DNA of 44,453 nucleotides, taken from the NCBI GenBank assembly GCA_037128175.1, contig JBAXWY010000022.1, positions 1 to 44,453 of the forward strand, written 5' to 3'. Below, piece after piece: positions 1-9,654 of this stretch. The notes beneath the pieces were generated by a model that saw only the letters and a program-made list of their open reading frames with translations, was not told the origin of the DNA and ran no database searches. A program made the translations under genes and the position numbers. Source of the DNA: Methanothrix sp. (lineage in GTDB: Archaea; Halobacteriota; Methanosarcinia; Methanotrichales; Methanotrichaceae). Within the stretch, counting starts at the first letter, position 1. Every line of letters begins with the position of its first letter.

Positions 1-30
1 AAACGCACTTTTCTCGGAGGTTTCTCTTAA

Positions 31-500
31 ATGCCAGTAAATAGGAATCCTCTAGTGTCAATGACGATTTAAATAATTTTTTAAAGGACGACGCCCTTCT
101 TGCACATGACAATATGACGAGCATCACATATTTGTGCTTTTGGAGAAGGGTAGTAGTTGGATTTGCTACATTGGTTGCCGCTACAATTGAAGTAAAACAG
201 GTGGATGGTCCAAGGATTGAAGGATACTCCCCCAATACATACCCTAGCATAAAGCTTGCCAGATTAGCCGTTGATAAAAACTATACTGGATGTGGAATCG
301 GTCCACACTTGTTGTTTTGGGTGATGGGCAAATTCGAGAAGATCTCTAAAGAAATAGGTTGTAGATATTTGACCGTGGATTCTAAGAGAGAATCAATGTG
401 GTTCTACGAAAAGTATGATTTTATATTAGTTGAAAAAACGAGGAACAAGACATATCCAACGTTTTACTTGGATATGTATCTTACCCGCGGGAAAAAATAA
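31..500 (+). pseudogene. GNAT-family acetyltransferase (TA-toxin-like), probably frameshifted near the N-terminus
   Basis: ORF 114-500 has PSIKLARLAVDKNYTGCGIG and YLTVDS...WFYEKYDF motifs. Its frame extends upstream as SVNDDLNNFLKDDAL to a TAG at 42-44. An ATG at 31 (GGAGG at 16-20, TAA at 28-30) is in another frame. Confidence 0.7.
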
Positions 501-560
501 TTGATCTATTTATGATAACATCTATTATTACCAGCATCGTGATACGTATTACTCACTCCC

Positions 561-836
561 TTAAAAGTCAAATAGCGACTTCTGCCGTTTCCCCTGGCTT
601 GGCCTCCGCTTTCCCCTCGCTCTCCGCTCGTCTTCGGTCTCCCCCTCTTGCTGCCCTCGGGCCTGGCCGCGCTCCCCTGCTGGCTTTCGGCAGCCGCCGC
701 AGGCTCCTCCTGCACGGGCGGCACAGCAGCCTCCGCCCTGGGCGGCTCCGCCTCCACAGCGTTTGCATTTTCAGCGCTTACTAGCACAGCCATCGTCACG
801 TCCGTGCCCATCAGTACCGCCGTACGCATCCGCTTG
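561..836 (-). pseudogene. Degenerate copy A of the rfcL 3' end, including the PIP-box tail KRQKSLFDF*
   Basis: Aligns by eye to 4197-4478; two +1 insertions split the frame (track ORFs 506..904 and 568..768 each carry part of the RfcL tail). Confidence 0.9.
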
Positions 837-924
837 TGCCTGCGCCCGACCCACAGGCGCGCGCCCGCGCAGGCCGAGTCCCAGGAGCGCGCTCCTTTTG
901 CCATGACCGCGACCCGAAATCCTG

Positions 925-1650
925 CTAAATTCTCTCTTTTTTCATCCCCTGTTCGCTTTTCTTTTTCGGCGAAATCCTTGCGGGACGCATCTGCGTTCCC
1001 ACGAGGGGCTGGAGATAATCGAAGAACGGCTTCATAGCAGCAAAGACCTGCAGGGCATGGTCGGCAAAATCTGGCTCCAGCACTCTCTCATCGCTGAGCT
1101 GATGGACGACCAGGAACTGTTTGTGGCGCAGCAGCTCGATCTGGGGTTGATCGGGGGCGTATCCCCGCGGCGCTGTTTTTAGCATCTCCCCGGAGACCTC
1201 GCCGAAATATTTCTGGAATTCAGGCGCTTCGATCACCTTCTTTATGGGGCCGGGATCCTCGACGATGGCGGCGCGAATGGCTTGCAGATCCGCAGACGTG
1301 GGCATGTGCGCGCCTCCCGCCAGAATCGATCCTCCGGGCATGATGTGGATGTAGTAAGGCAGCCGCAGAGAGTGCCTGCCGCCGGGAGCCAGCACGGCTG
1401 AGAAGTGATTCTTGTAGGGCGGCTTGTTTTTGGCGAAGCGCATGTCGTTATGGATGCGAAAGATGGCGTCTTTGGCGGCGAGATCGCCCAGGGGCTCGAC
1501 GGCATCGAAGCGGAAGATGAGGCCCTGGATGAAGTCTTCGAAGAGCGCTTTTGCATGGTCGTACTCGGGGCGGTGGGCCGCAAACCATTCGTGGTTGTTG
1601 TTCTCGCGAAGGTCTCGCAGGAAAGCGAAGATGGGCGTGAATTGGGTCAT
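925..1650 (-). CDS. DUF2461 family protein
   Basis: FLRDLRENNNHEWF, IFRIHNDMRFAKNKPPYK and LKTAPRGY motifs typical of DUF2461. Confidence 0.85.
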   Translation of the reverse strand: MTQFTPIFAFLRDLRENNNHEWFAAHRPEYDHAKALFEDFIQGLIFRFDAVEPLGDLAAKDAIFRIHNDMRFAKNKPPYKNHFSAVLAPGGRHSLRLPYYIHIMPGGSILAGGAHMPTSADLQAIRAAIVEDPGPIKKVIEAPEFQKYFGEVSGEMLKTAPRGYAPDQPQIELLRHKQFLVVHQLSDERVLEPDFADHALQVFAAMKPFFDYLQPLVGTQMRPARISPKKKSEQGMKKERI

Positions 1651-1926
1651 GGGAATGAATAGGCCGGCAAGCTTTACATATTTTTCACTTCATGTGCAAA
1701 TGTCGTCCAAGAGTGTATTGCTTCATTTAAGCTACAACTTCTGCTTCATCTTGATCCGGCCTGATGACTTCAGATATGATTACATCCTTAAAGAGGGATT
1801 ATATATAATACAAAAATTTTTAAAACATTGGGAGGTTTCAAAGGATGCTTGGAATATTTAATTAAACAAAGGTAACATGGTCCACAAGGTAGCACTTATT
1901 AATACTCGGCGTACAAATTTTTTGTC

Positions 1927-2358
1927 ATGTCAGGTAACGAGGATTCCATAACCGAAGAATTCATAAAAGCATATAAAGCAGATCGATAAAAACTCATCTC
2001 GAATCGGGATGAATTGGTTAAGTTAGTGAAGGAAATAATTCAAAAGGATGAACTAATTGCTAATATTAATCGAAAAATCGAAAGAGACTTGCGTATTCCA
2101 ATTAGACCATCTTCATTCGACCTCACGGAACAGAATAATTCTGCCTGGGATGAATATTTTAGAGAATCCGACTGGCAAATTCAGAAAAAGAAAGAACAAG
2201 ATGCAATTGGAAGACAATTAGAGGATTTAGAAAAAGCAAAGGATGGGATCAAATCAAAGATTGCCCCGCTTATTCCGTCCTGTTTCCACGGCATACGGAT
2301 AGTAGTTATTAACAACCGAGGAATAACCGTCAATGACGAAAACGTGATTATCCATTGA
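1927..2358 (+). pseudogene. Hypothetical protein interrupted by an in-frame TAA at 1987-1989
   Basis: ATG 1927 reads MSGNEDSITEEFIKAYKADR*KLISNRDELVKLV, in frame with track ORF 2014..2358. Confidence 0.6.
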
Positions 2359-2369
2359 GGTAACAACAA

Positions 2370-3008
2370 ATGAAATGCCCTCACTGCTTTGTTAACTTCT
2401 CTAGTGCGGTAAGTAGTTTCACACCAATAGGTGATGATGATGGAGGATGGCGCATCAAATATCAAACATGTCCTGCCTGTAATAAGTTGATTATATTCTT
2501 AGATAATGTTAAAATGTCTTTAGGTTACCCACTCATTAGTACAACGCTTATTAGGCCGAAAGGCATTTCTCGGACACCAGTACCCTCAGAAGTGCCTGAT
2601 AATATCGTAGAAGATTACAAAGAAGCATGCTTAGTTTTGGCGGATAGCCCAAAGGCTTCTGCTGCTTTGGGCAGAAGATGCCTACAGAATCTCTTGAGAA
2701 CTGCTGCAAAGGTGAAACCCGGTAACCTTGCAAATGAGATCCAACAAGTATTAGATAGTCATGCTTTGCCAACATATCTCGCGGAGTCGATAGATAGCAT
2801 TCGCAACATAGGGAACTTCGCTGCCCACCCTATGAAGAGTCAGCAAAGCGGAGATATTATCCCTGTTGAACCAGGTGAAGCCGAATGGAATCTGGATGTC
2901 TTGGAAGGGCTGTTTGACTTCTATTATGTGCAGCCAGCCATCATAGCAAAGAAACGGGCAGATTTGAATGCAAAACTGGCAGTTGCTGGAAAGCCATCAA
3001 TGAAGTAG
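2370..3008 (+). CDS. DUF4145 (HEPN-like) domain protein with N-terminal Zn-ribbon
   Basis: CPHC and CPAC pairs; DYKEACLVLADSPKASAALGRRCLQ and IRNIGNFAAH motifs; RBS GAGGT upstream. Confidence 0.85.
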   Translation: MKCPHCFVNFSSAVSSFTPIGDDDGGWRIKYQTCPACNKLIIFLDNVKMSLGYPLISTTLIRPKGISRTPVPSEVPDNIVEDYKEACLVLADSPKASAALGRRCLQNLLRTAAKVKPGNLANEIQQVLDSHALPTYLAESIDSIRNIGNFAAHPMKSQQSGDIIPVEPGEAEWNLDVLEGLFDFYYVQPAIIAKKRADLNAKLAVAGKPSMK

Positions 3009-3102
3009 CTCTATTGCTTGCGGATCTAGAGGTAAATATGACCGGAGGTAGCACACGTACACCATCCGCTGGTGAGGGGGATATTTTGGAGATGGCAAAG
3101 GT

Positions 3103-3385
3103 GGCCCTTGGCTTGGCCGCGCTCCCCTCCGGCAGGGGCCCGACCGCCGGTGCAACCGGCTCCGCCTTGGGCGGCTCCACTACCACTGCGCTTGACTTTT
3201 CAGCGCTGGCTACCATCGCTTCAGTCACGCCCGCGTCCGCCTGCGCGGCCTGCGTCTGCGCCGAAGCAGATCGTGCCAGCGGCGCCCCCCAGCGGCTGCT
3301 GCGCCCTGTCCGTCCAGCCCAGTTCGATCTCCTCTAACTCATAAGCTGCTCGCATCTTCATCGCCTCCTCGAAGATGCTTTGCAC
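3103..3385 (-). pseudogene. Degenerate copy B of the rfcL 3' region, lacking the final PIP-box
   Basis: Aligns to about 4286-4592; translates VQSIFEEAMKMRAAYELEEIELGWTDRAQQPL and EPPKAEPVAPAVGP; has a frameshift and an internal deletion of about 30 nt. Confidence 0.9.
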
Positions 3386-3502
3386 ATATTTGTGGCGGGA
3401 ATGCTACCTAAGTGTGAGTCTTTTTCCTCGGCCCCATCTCTCAGGTAGGCAGCAAGGAATGCGTTGAGAAAATTCCACGTATACTATTATCCGGATTCGA
3501 GA

Positions 3503-3979
3503 CTATCGAATGAGAGTGCGCAGCATATCTGGGTGGATCACTTTGAGCTTAGATCCTTCCGGCAGCTTATACTGCAAAAGGAGACGATCGGTGGAGACAA
3601 AGTAATCCATATCATAGGCCAATGCGTAACCGATATGAAAAACGTCTGTAGGCATCATCCTACTATCCTTATATTTATTAATTAATAAGTCGCACATGTA
3701 TGCTACAACATCATTTGGATGAAGAAATTTAATGTTTAAGCCGCCCCAGAAGGTGATCATCTCATGAAGCTCATCAATATCATGTTTTTTGCTTTCCAAA
3801 CATACCATCACGCTCTCGGCGAGAACGGTACTGGATACACATAATTCAAATTTATCCGTATGTGTGCTTATGTGTTGCAAGAGATTCTTAACGCCAGCTG
3901 GTGACCCTTTCTTTGAGGCCTTACTGCTATTGGCAATCGAAAAGAAAAATAGGTCTGAATCTATTGCTACCTGAATCAT
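3503..3979 (-). CDS. PIN-domain (VapC-like) ribonuclease
   Basis: VAIDSD, STVLAE, TDVFHIGYA and FVSTD acidic PIN motifs; ATG overlaps the upstream stop (TGATG). Confidence 0.8.
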   Translation of the reverse strand: MIQVAIDSDLFFFSIANSSKASKKGSPAGVKNLLQHISTHTDKFELCVSSTVLAESVMVCLESKKHDIDELHEMITFWGGLNIKFLHPNDVVAYMCDLLINKYKDSRMMPTDVFHIGYALAYDMDYFVSTDRLLLQYKLPEGSKLKVIHPDMLRTLIR

Positions 3980-4140
3980 CACTCGGGAAATAGTCGCTTG
4001 AGACGATCGAAAATCTCGTCATGCCTTTCTTTGGTTATGACCCAGGCAATTTTGCCGTGGATATCAGTAGCTCCCCCATACGGCATCTGGTTCTTGTTTG
4101 GATCGTAGTATTGGCCAACTACATCTTCTTCCATTTCCAT
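3979..4140 (-). CDS. 53-aa protein, candidate antitoxin for the PIN gene (not in ORF track)
   Basis: MEMEEDVVGQYYDPNKNQMPYGGATDIHGKIAWVITKERHDEIFDRLKRLFPE*; stop overlaps the PIN start. Confidence 0.65.
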   Translation of the reverse strand: MEMEEDVVGQYYDPNKNQMPYGGATDIHGKIAWVITKERHDEIFDRLKRLFPE

Positions 4141-4196
4141 TGTTCACATCCGGTATATGATTATTATTTCGTCGAGGTATTAAGGATTATCGATCT

Positions 4197-5822
4197 CTAA
4201 AAGTCAAACAACGACTTCTGCCTTTTCCCAGGCTTGGCCTCCGCCTTCCCCTCGCTCTCCGCCTTCTTCGGCCTGCCCCTCTTGCGGCCCTCAGGCTTGG
4301 CCAAGCTTCCCGGCTGGCTTTCGGCAGTCATCTCAGGCACCTCCGGCTTGGGCCCGACCGCCGGTGCAACAGGCTCCGCCCTGGGCGGCTCTGCCACCAC
4401 GGCGCTTGCATTTTCGGCGCTGACTTGCACAGCTTCAGTCACGCCCGCGCTCACGCGCACCGCGCCCGCATCCGCCTGCGGGGCTCGCGCCAGCGCGAGC
4501 GGCTGCTGCGCCCTGTCCGTCCAGCCCAGTTCGATCTCCTCGAACTCCTCTGCGGCCCGCATCTTTGTCGCTTCGTCGAAGATGCTCTGCACCTTCTTGG
4601 TGGTGGAGGTGCTGCTCAAAAGAAGCGCGATCTCTTCTGCATCCAGCTCCAGCTCCGCTGCCAGGGGGACGGCCCTCTTTTTGTCGGCTAAAAGCAGACC
4701 CACAAAGCCCATCAGCTCCGCCCGCACAAAAGCCGCAGAGACGTGGCAATGGCGGCCTATCTTCTTGGCAGCCGAGTCTCGAACATTGCGCGCTTTCTTG
4801 GTCTGGCCCATGCGCCGCCAGCGGCTGGGGGGCCGGAAGGCCACGTAGCCGTGCCGGGCTGTGGCTTTTGCCGCCTGCACCCCGCCCGTCATGAGAAAAC
4901 TGGCATAACGCCAGAGGCCATAGTTCTGCCTGATGCGAACGCGCCCCAAAAACACATCCGCCCGCGCCAATCGCTCATAACCCTGCCAGAGATCCGCGCC
5001 GTCGTAAGCCAATGGCAGGTTCTCGTCCACCCAGTTGATGAGATCCTCCGGGCTTTCATCCAGAGCGTAAGAGGCTTGCAGGGCTTCCTTTGCGCTATTG
5101 CCTTTGAAGATGACCTCCAAAACCTTGAAGATGGACGACTTGACGTCGCGCTCTGCGGTGGCCACGTCCTCCTGCGCCAGAGAGGTCTGGCCCTGGGCAG
5201 CGGCCTGCAGATCGTTCACGCCGGAGCGCATGTCGCCGCCGGCCCGCTCGGCAATCATCATCAGGGCATCAGGATCGCATTCCACGTCCTCTGCCCGGCA
5301 GATATCGCGCAGAGCCTGGGCGATGGTGGTGGAGCGCATCGACCGGAACTGTATGCCCTTGGCCGCATCCCGCAGGGGCTTTTCCATATCATAGTACTCG
5401 TTAGCGATTAAAAGGACGGGCTGGCTGGTCTCTCTGACCAGACGCAGCATGGCCGCCGCTCCGCCCCGGTCGGCAGTGCCGTGCAAATTGTCCGCCTCAT
5501 CTAAAATAACCAGCCGCGGCTTGCCTGAGAAGGTCATGGAGCGCGAGGCCGGCCCGGCAATCTTCTGAATCATGCCTGCTGTTCGCGCATCGCTGGCATT
5601 CATCTCGATGTAATCCCAGTCAAATTCTCGCGCCAAAGCCAGAGCAGCGGAAGTCTTGCCCGTCCCCGCCGGGCCATAAAGGATGACGGCTCCCGTGATG
5701 GGCGACTTCCTCTCCCAGGACGCCGCCCAAGCCCGTAGCTCCTCTACGGCCTTTCCATTGCCTAAAACCTTTTTGAGGGTATCAGGCCGGTACTTCTCAG
5801 TCCACTTTACAGCCGGGGGCAT
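4197..5822 (-). CDS. rfcL: Replication factor C large subunit
   Basis: WTEKYRP, Walker A GPAGTGKTS, EMNASDAR, ILDEAD; C-terminal PIP box QKSLFDF. Confidence 0.97.
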   Translation of the reverse strand: MPPAVKWTEKYRPDTLKKVLGNGKAVEELRAWAASWERKSPITGAVILYGPAGTGKTSAALALAREFDWDYIEMNASDARTAGMIQKIAGPASRSMTFSGKPRLVILDEADNLHGTADRGGAAAMLRLVRETSQPVLLIANEYYDMEKPLRDAAKGIQFRSMRSTTIAQALRDICRAEDVECDPDALMMIAERAGGDMRSGVNDLQAAAQGQTSLAQEDVATAERDVKSSIFKVLEVIFKGNSAKEALQASYALDESPEDLINWVDENLPLAYDGADLWQGYERLARADVFLGRVRIRQNYGLWRYASFLMTGGVQAAKATARHGYVAFRPPSRWRRMGQTKKARNVRDSAAKKIGRHCHVSAAFVRAELMGFVGLLLADKKRAVPLAAELELDAEEIALLLSSTSTTKKVQSIFDEATKMRAAEEFEEIELGWTDRAQQPLALARAPQADAGAVRVSAGVTEAVQVSAENASAVVAEPPRAEPVAPAVGPKPEVPEMTAESQPGSLAKPEGRKRGRPKKAESEGKAEAKPGKRQKSLFDF

Positions 5823-5843
5823 TCTACCTCAAACCGGCTGCTG

Positions 5844-6272
5844 CTACCAGATGCCTTCTCTGCCGGTCATTTCCAGAATTTCGATCTCCCAGATGGTCAT
5901 GGGCATCTTCTCCAGCCCCTCGCGGGTGAACTTCTTGCCGGCATGCCCGCCCTGGCCATTTTTGGTGAAGGCATCAAACATCTTCTGCTTGGCCTCTACA
6001 CTATCGGACAGATGGCTGATGCCAAAGACGACGACGCTCGACCAGTGTTCTTTTTCTAAAACATCTATCTGAAAACACACTCTGGGATTGTTTGTGGCAT
6101 ATTCGACCTTCTTTCCCATGCCGCGGGAGTGAAGGTAGAGTTTTCCGTCTTGATAGACATAGGACATGGGAACGACATAAGGCTGATTGTCTTTAGAAAG
6201 TGCCAGCCGGCCGTATCTGGCCGCAGAAAGAAGACTTGTGCACTCTTCTTGAGATAGATCCCTTGGCTTCAT
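5844..6272 (-). CDS. Pyridoxamine 5'-phosphate oxidase-like (NimA-type) flavin-binding protein
   Basis: YGRLAL, PYVVPMSY, LYLHS..G.K, NPRVCFQID, WSSVVVFG. Confidence 0.88.
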   Translation of the reverse strand: MKPRDLSQEECTSLLSAARYGRLALSKDNQPYVVPMSYVYQDGKLYLHSRGMGKKVEYATNNPRVCFQIDVLEKEHWSSVVVFGISHLSDSVEAKQKMFDAFTKNGQGGHAGKKFTREGLEKMPMTIWEIEILEMTGREGIW

Positions 6273-6325
6273 GCCGTAGATTTAGGGTCTCATGCATTTT
6301 TAGCTTTTGCTTTCAGGACTTGCAT

Positions 6326-6568
6326 TCATGACCGGCCCGATAAAAAAGCACCCGCAATTAGCAGGATCATGCCCAGAGCAATCATAGGTACGCCCGGAAA
6401 GGCCGTCTCTACCTGAAACTTGGTGGCCCCCGCCTCTGCTCCTATGAGCTTGAAACTTTCGCTCTGCATATCTTTGCCCTGGCTCTCTATGACCTGTACC
6501 CCCACCAGAGCGATTCCGGTAAGAATCACAAGCACCCCCATTGCCACAGTTAAGTTCACGTGAACCAT
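6326..6568 (-). CDS. Small hypothetical membrane protein with two TM helices
   Basis: Hydrophobic N- and C-terminal segments; fills the gap between core genes. Confidence 0.6.
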   Translation of the reverse strand: MVHVNLTVAMGVLVILTGIALVGVQVIESQGKDMQSESFKLIGAEAGATKFQVETAFPGVPMIALGMILLIAGAFLSGRS

Positions 6569-6709
6569 TTTTCATTATCCCCTTTTCACTAAATATTTGG
6601 CGCTATAGATATAATGCTTTGCCTACTATTATCACGTTAGATCACACAAGCCGGAACATCCCGGTCCCGCCCAAAAAGGTTTTACCCTGGCCGCGCTTAA
6701 CACCCTGGA

Positions 6710-8194
6710 ATGTTCAACAAGATCCTGATCGCCAACCGGGGAGAGATCGCCATCCGGGTGATGCGCGCCTGCCGGGAGCTGGGCATCTCGACTGTGGCCG
6801 TCTACTCCGAAGCGGACAAAAATGCCCTTTTCGCCAAATACGCAGACGAGGCCGTCTTCATCGGGCCAGCACCCTCCCGCCAGAGCTACCTGAGGATAGA
6901 TAATATCATCAAAGCCGCTCTTGAGACAGGAGCCCAGGCCATCCATCCAGGCTACGGCTTTCTCTCCGAGAATACCCTCTTTGCCTCGACCTGCGAGGAG
7001 AACGGCATCGTCTTCATAGGTCCGCCCTCATCGGCCATCGATGCTATGGGCTCTAAGATCACTGCCCGCCAGACCATGAAAGATGCGGGCGTCCCAATTG
7101 TGCCCGGCATCGAAGAGGGCATCACCGATCCAGATATCGCAGCCGAGATCGCCGAGAGCATAGGCTACCCCATAATCCTCAAGCCGGCGGCAGGAGGCGG
7201 GGGAATAGGAATGAAGATTGTGCAGAGTCGCGAGGAGCTCTTTCCCGCCTTAATCTCATCTCAGTCCGTGGCCAGGAGCGCCTTTGGCGACGACACCATC
7301 TACATCGAAAAATACCTGACCGAGCCCCGGCACATCGAGTTTCAGATCCTGGCCGACAATCACGGAAAGACCATCTATGTCTCTGACCGGGAGTGCTCCA
7401 TCCAGCGCCGCCACCAGAAGCTGATAGAAGAGTCCCCTTCCCCCGTCATGACTGAGGAGCTGCGCGAGAGGATGGGCTCCATCGCCGTCAAAGCCGCGAA
7501 AGCAATAGGCTATTCCAGCGCCGGAACTGTGGAGTTCATGTACTCGCGCGGCGACTTCTACTTCCTGGAAATGAATACCCGCTTGCAGGTAGAGCACCCC
7601 ATCACAGAGATGGTAACAGGCGTTGATCTCGCCAAAGAGCAGATCATGGTGGCAGCAGGCTACCCTCTGGGATATGACCAGAGCGACATGAAGATTAACG
7701 GCTGGGCCATCGAGTGCCGCATCAATGCCGAGGACCCGCTAAACGATTTTGCCCCCTGTCCTGGAAAGATCAAGCGTTACAGAAGCCCGGGCGGTCCGGG
7801 CATAAGAGTGGACAGCGGAGTTTACACAGGCTACGTCATCCCGCCTTACTACGACTCTTTGATCTCCAAGCTGGTAGCCCACGGCAAAGATCGTAAAGAG
7901 GCCATTGCCAGAATGGAGCGCGCCCTTTATGAGTACATCATTGTGGGAGTTAAAACCAATCTGATATTCCACAAAGCAGTTCTCCGAAATAAGAGGTTCC
8001 GCAGCGGGGATATAAACACTCACTTCATCAAGGATGAGAACATCGTCGAGGCCGTAAAGGTTGTGGCTGTTGAGGATTATGAGAAAGGCATGTCGCTGGC
8101 TTCGGCTCTTGGCGCGGACAACCGCCAGATTGCCGCCATCTCCGCGGCCGTGGGGTCTTACCTCAGCCAGAACCGGGCCGAGGAGAAGAGCTGA
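6710..8194 (+). CDS. pycA: Biotin carboxylase (pyruvate carboxylase subunit A)
   Basis: [56 protein letters not shown]. Confidence 0.93.
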   Translation: MFNKILIANRGEIAIRVMRACRELGISTVAVYSEADKNALFAKYADEAVFIGPAPSRQSYLRIDNIIKAALETGAQAIHPGYGFLSENTLFASTCEENGIVFIGPPSSAIDAMGSKITARQTMKDAGVPIVPGIEEGITDPDIAAEIAESIGYPIILKPAAGGGGIGMKIVQSREELFPALISSQSVARSAFGDDTIYIEKYLTEPRHIEFQILADNHGKTIYVSDRECSIQRRHQKLIEESPSPVMTEELRERMGSIAVKAAKAIGYSSAGTVEFMYSRGDFYFLEMNTRLQVEHPITEMVTGVDLAKEQIMVAAGYPLGYDQSDMKINGWAIECRINAEDPLNDFAPCPGKIKRYRSPGGPGIRVDSGVYTGYVIPPYYDSLISKLVAHGKDRKEAIARMERALYEYIIVGVKTNLIFHKAVLRNKRFRSGDINTHFIKDENIVEAVKVVAVEDYEKGMSLASALGADNRQIAAISAAVGSYLSQNRAEEKS

Positions 8195-8196
8195 AG

Positions 8197-9162
8197 GTGG
8201 CAGCACTTGATATCCTCTCATTCCTGAACTCTGGAGAGTGGGTATCGGGCGAGGAGATGGCCAAAAGGCTCGCCATCTCCCGCGCCGCTGTCTGGAAGCA
8301 GATCCAGGTCCTTCGACAGAGGGGATACGAAGTCTCCGCCTCTACCGGGAAGGGCTACAAATTGGTCAAAAAGCCCGACCTTCTGGATGCAGACCGCATC
8401 TCCTGCGGCCTCAAAACAAAGTGGCTGGGAAGAGATATGCGCATCTTTGACGAGGTTGGCTCCACCAATGCCGTTGCCCTCTCTCTGGCTCGCGATTGCC
8501 CGAACGGCACCGTCATCCTGGCCGAGACCCAGAAAGAAGGCCGGGGCAGACTCTCCCGGCCCTGGGCTTCGCCTCCCGGTGGAATCTGGATGAGCCTCAT
8601 CTTAAAGCCAAAAATGCCGCTCAATCTTGTCTACCAGATAAACATGGCCGCGAGCGTAGCTCTCTGTCGTGCGTTCTCATCCATGTTCTGCCTGGATGCC
8701 GGCATCAAGTGGCCCAACGACCTCTTGATCCGGGAGCTAAAGATCTGCGGCATACTCATGGAGGTGAGCGCGCAGGTGGACCGGCTGGATTATGCCGTGG
8801 TGGGACTGGGCCTCAATGCCAATAATAACCTATCCGGCTTTCCTGCCGAGTGGAGAACGACCTCTCTGGCGGCAGAGCTTGGCCACGACATCGATAGGTG
8901 CGAGCTGATCTGCAGGATTCTTGAGGAGATAGAAGTGGCCTACGAAAATATGGGAAGCAAAGATATTTATGAAGAATGGCGCAGCCGATCGCTCACCTTG
9001 AATCGGCAGGTGCGCATTACCTCCGCGGCAGGCGACCTGGTAGGCGAAGCCGTGGATCTGGCAGAGGACGGTGCCCTTCTCCTTCGGACCGGAGATGAGC
9101 TGAAACGGGTATTAGCGGGAGACTGCATTCATCTGCGCCCTTGCCAAGCGGAGGCGCTGTGA
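8197..9162 (+). CDS. birA: Biotin-protein ligase with N-terminal HTH
   Basis: SGEEMA..LAISRAAVWK HTH; STN, Q..GRGR, KWPND, KICGIL. Confidence 0.95.
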   Translation: MAALDILSFLNSGEWVSGEEMAKRLAISRAAVWKQIQVLRQRGYEVSASTGKGYKLVKKPDLLDADRISCGLKTKWLGRDMRIFDEVGSTNAVALSLARDCPNGTVILAETQKEGRGRLSRPWASPPGGIWMSLILKPKMPLNLVYQINMAASVALCRAFSSMFCLDAGIKWPNDLLIRELKICGILMEVSAQVDRLDYAVVGLGLNANNNLSGFPAEWRTTSLAAELGHDIDRCELICRILEEIEVAYENMGSKDIYEEWRSRSLTLNRQVRITSAAGDLVGEAVDLAEDGALLLRTGDELKRVLAGDCIHLRPCQAEAL

Positions 9163-9207
9163 GCCGGAAGTTAGCTATGGACCGAGGGACAGAAAGATGA
9201 GGGAAAG

Positions 9208-9654
9208 ATGAGGACGAGAAAGGTGCGCGGCATTGCTCGGGATACGTTGCATTTCATCTTAGAGGCGTCCCGTTCCTCTCTGCCGGTGGAGTTCGCAGGG
9301 CTGCTTCAGGTTGATAAAGAGATCATCACTGAGGTTCTCATCCTGCCCGGCACGGAAAGCTCCCGCATGAGCGCCCTGGTTCGCCTCTACATGCTGCCCA
9401 ACATGGCAGTGGCGGGCTCAGTGCATAGCCATCCTTCCGGCGATCTCAGGCCATCTGAGCCGGACCTCATCTTTTTCTCTCGTACCGGGGACTACAACAT
9501 CATTGTCGGCCCGCCTTTCGACGAGCAAAGCTTCGCCTGCTATGACGGCGCGGGAAGGCGGCGCGATCTGGCCATTTTGGATGTGGAGTTCAAGGACGAT
9601 GGCTTTGATGACGATTTCGATGATGATGACGAATTCAAAGAGGACAGGCCTTGA
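9208..9654 (+). CDS. JAMM/MPN+ (Mov34) metalloprotease
   Basis: EFAGLL and GSVHSHPSGDLRPSEPDL (HxHx7Sx2D); acidic tail. Confidence 0.9.
   Translation: MRTRKVRGIARDTLHFILEASRSSLPVEFAGLLQVDKEIITEVLILPGTESSRMSALVRLYMLPNMAVAGSVHSHPSGDLRPSEPDLIFFSRTGDYNIIVGPPFDEQSFACYDGAGRRRDLAILDVEFKDDGFDDDFDDDDEFKEDRP

Noticed and set aside
42-44. In-frame TAG upstream of the GNAT ORF as a possible pyrrolysine codon
   Set aside because: No start codon upstream in that frame within the window; an RBS-preceded ATG at 31 in another frame explains the locus as a frameshift; no pyl genes seen.
506-904. Track ORFs 506..904, 568..768, 2941..3228 and 3014..3337 as genes
   Set aside because: They are frames or antisense frames of the degenerate rfcL tail copies.
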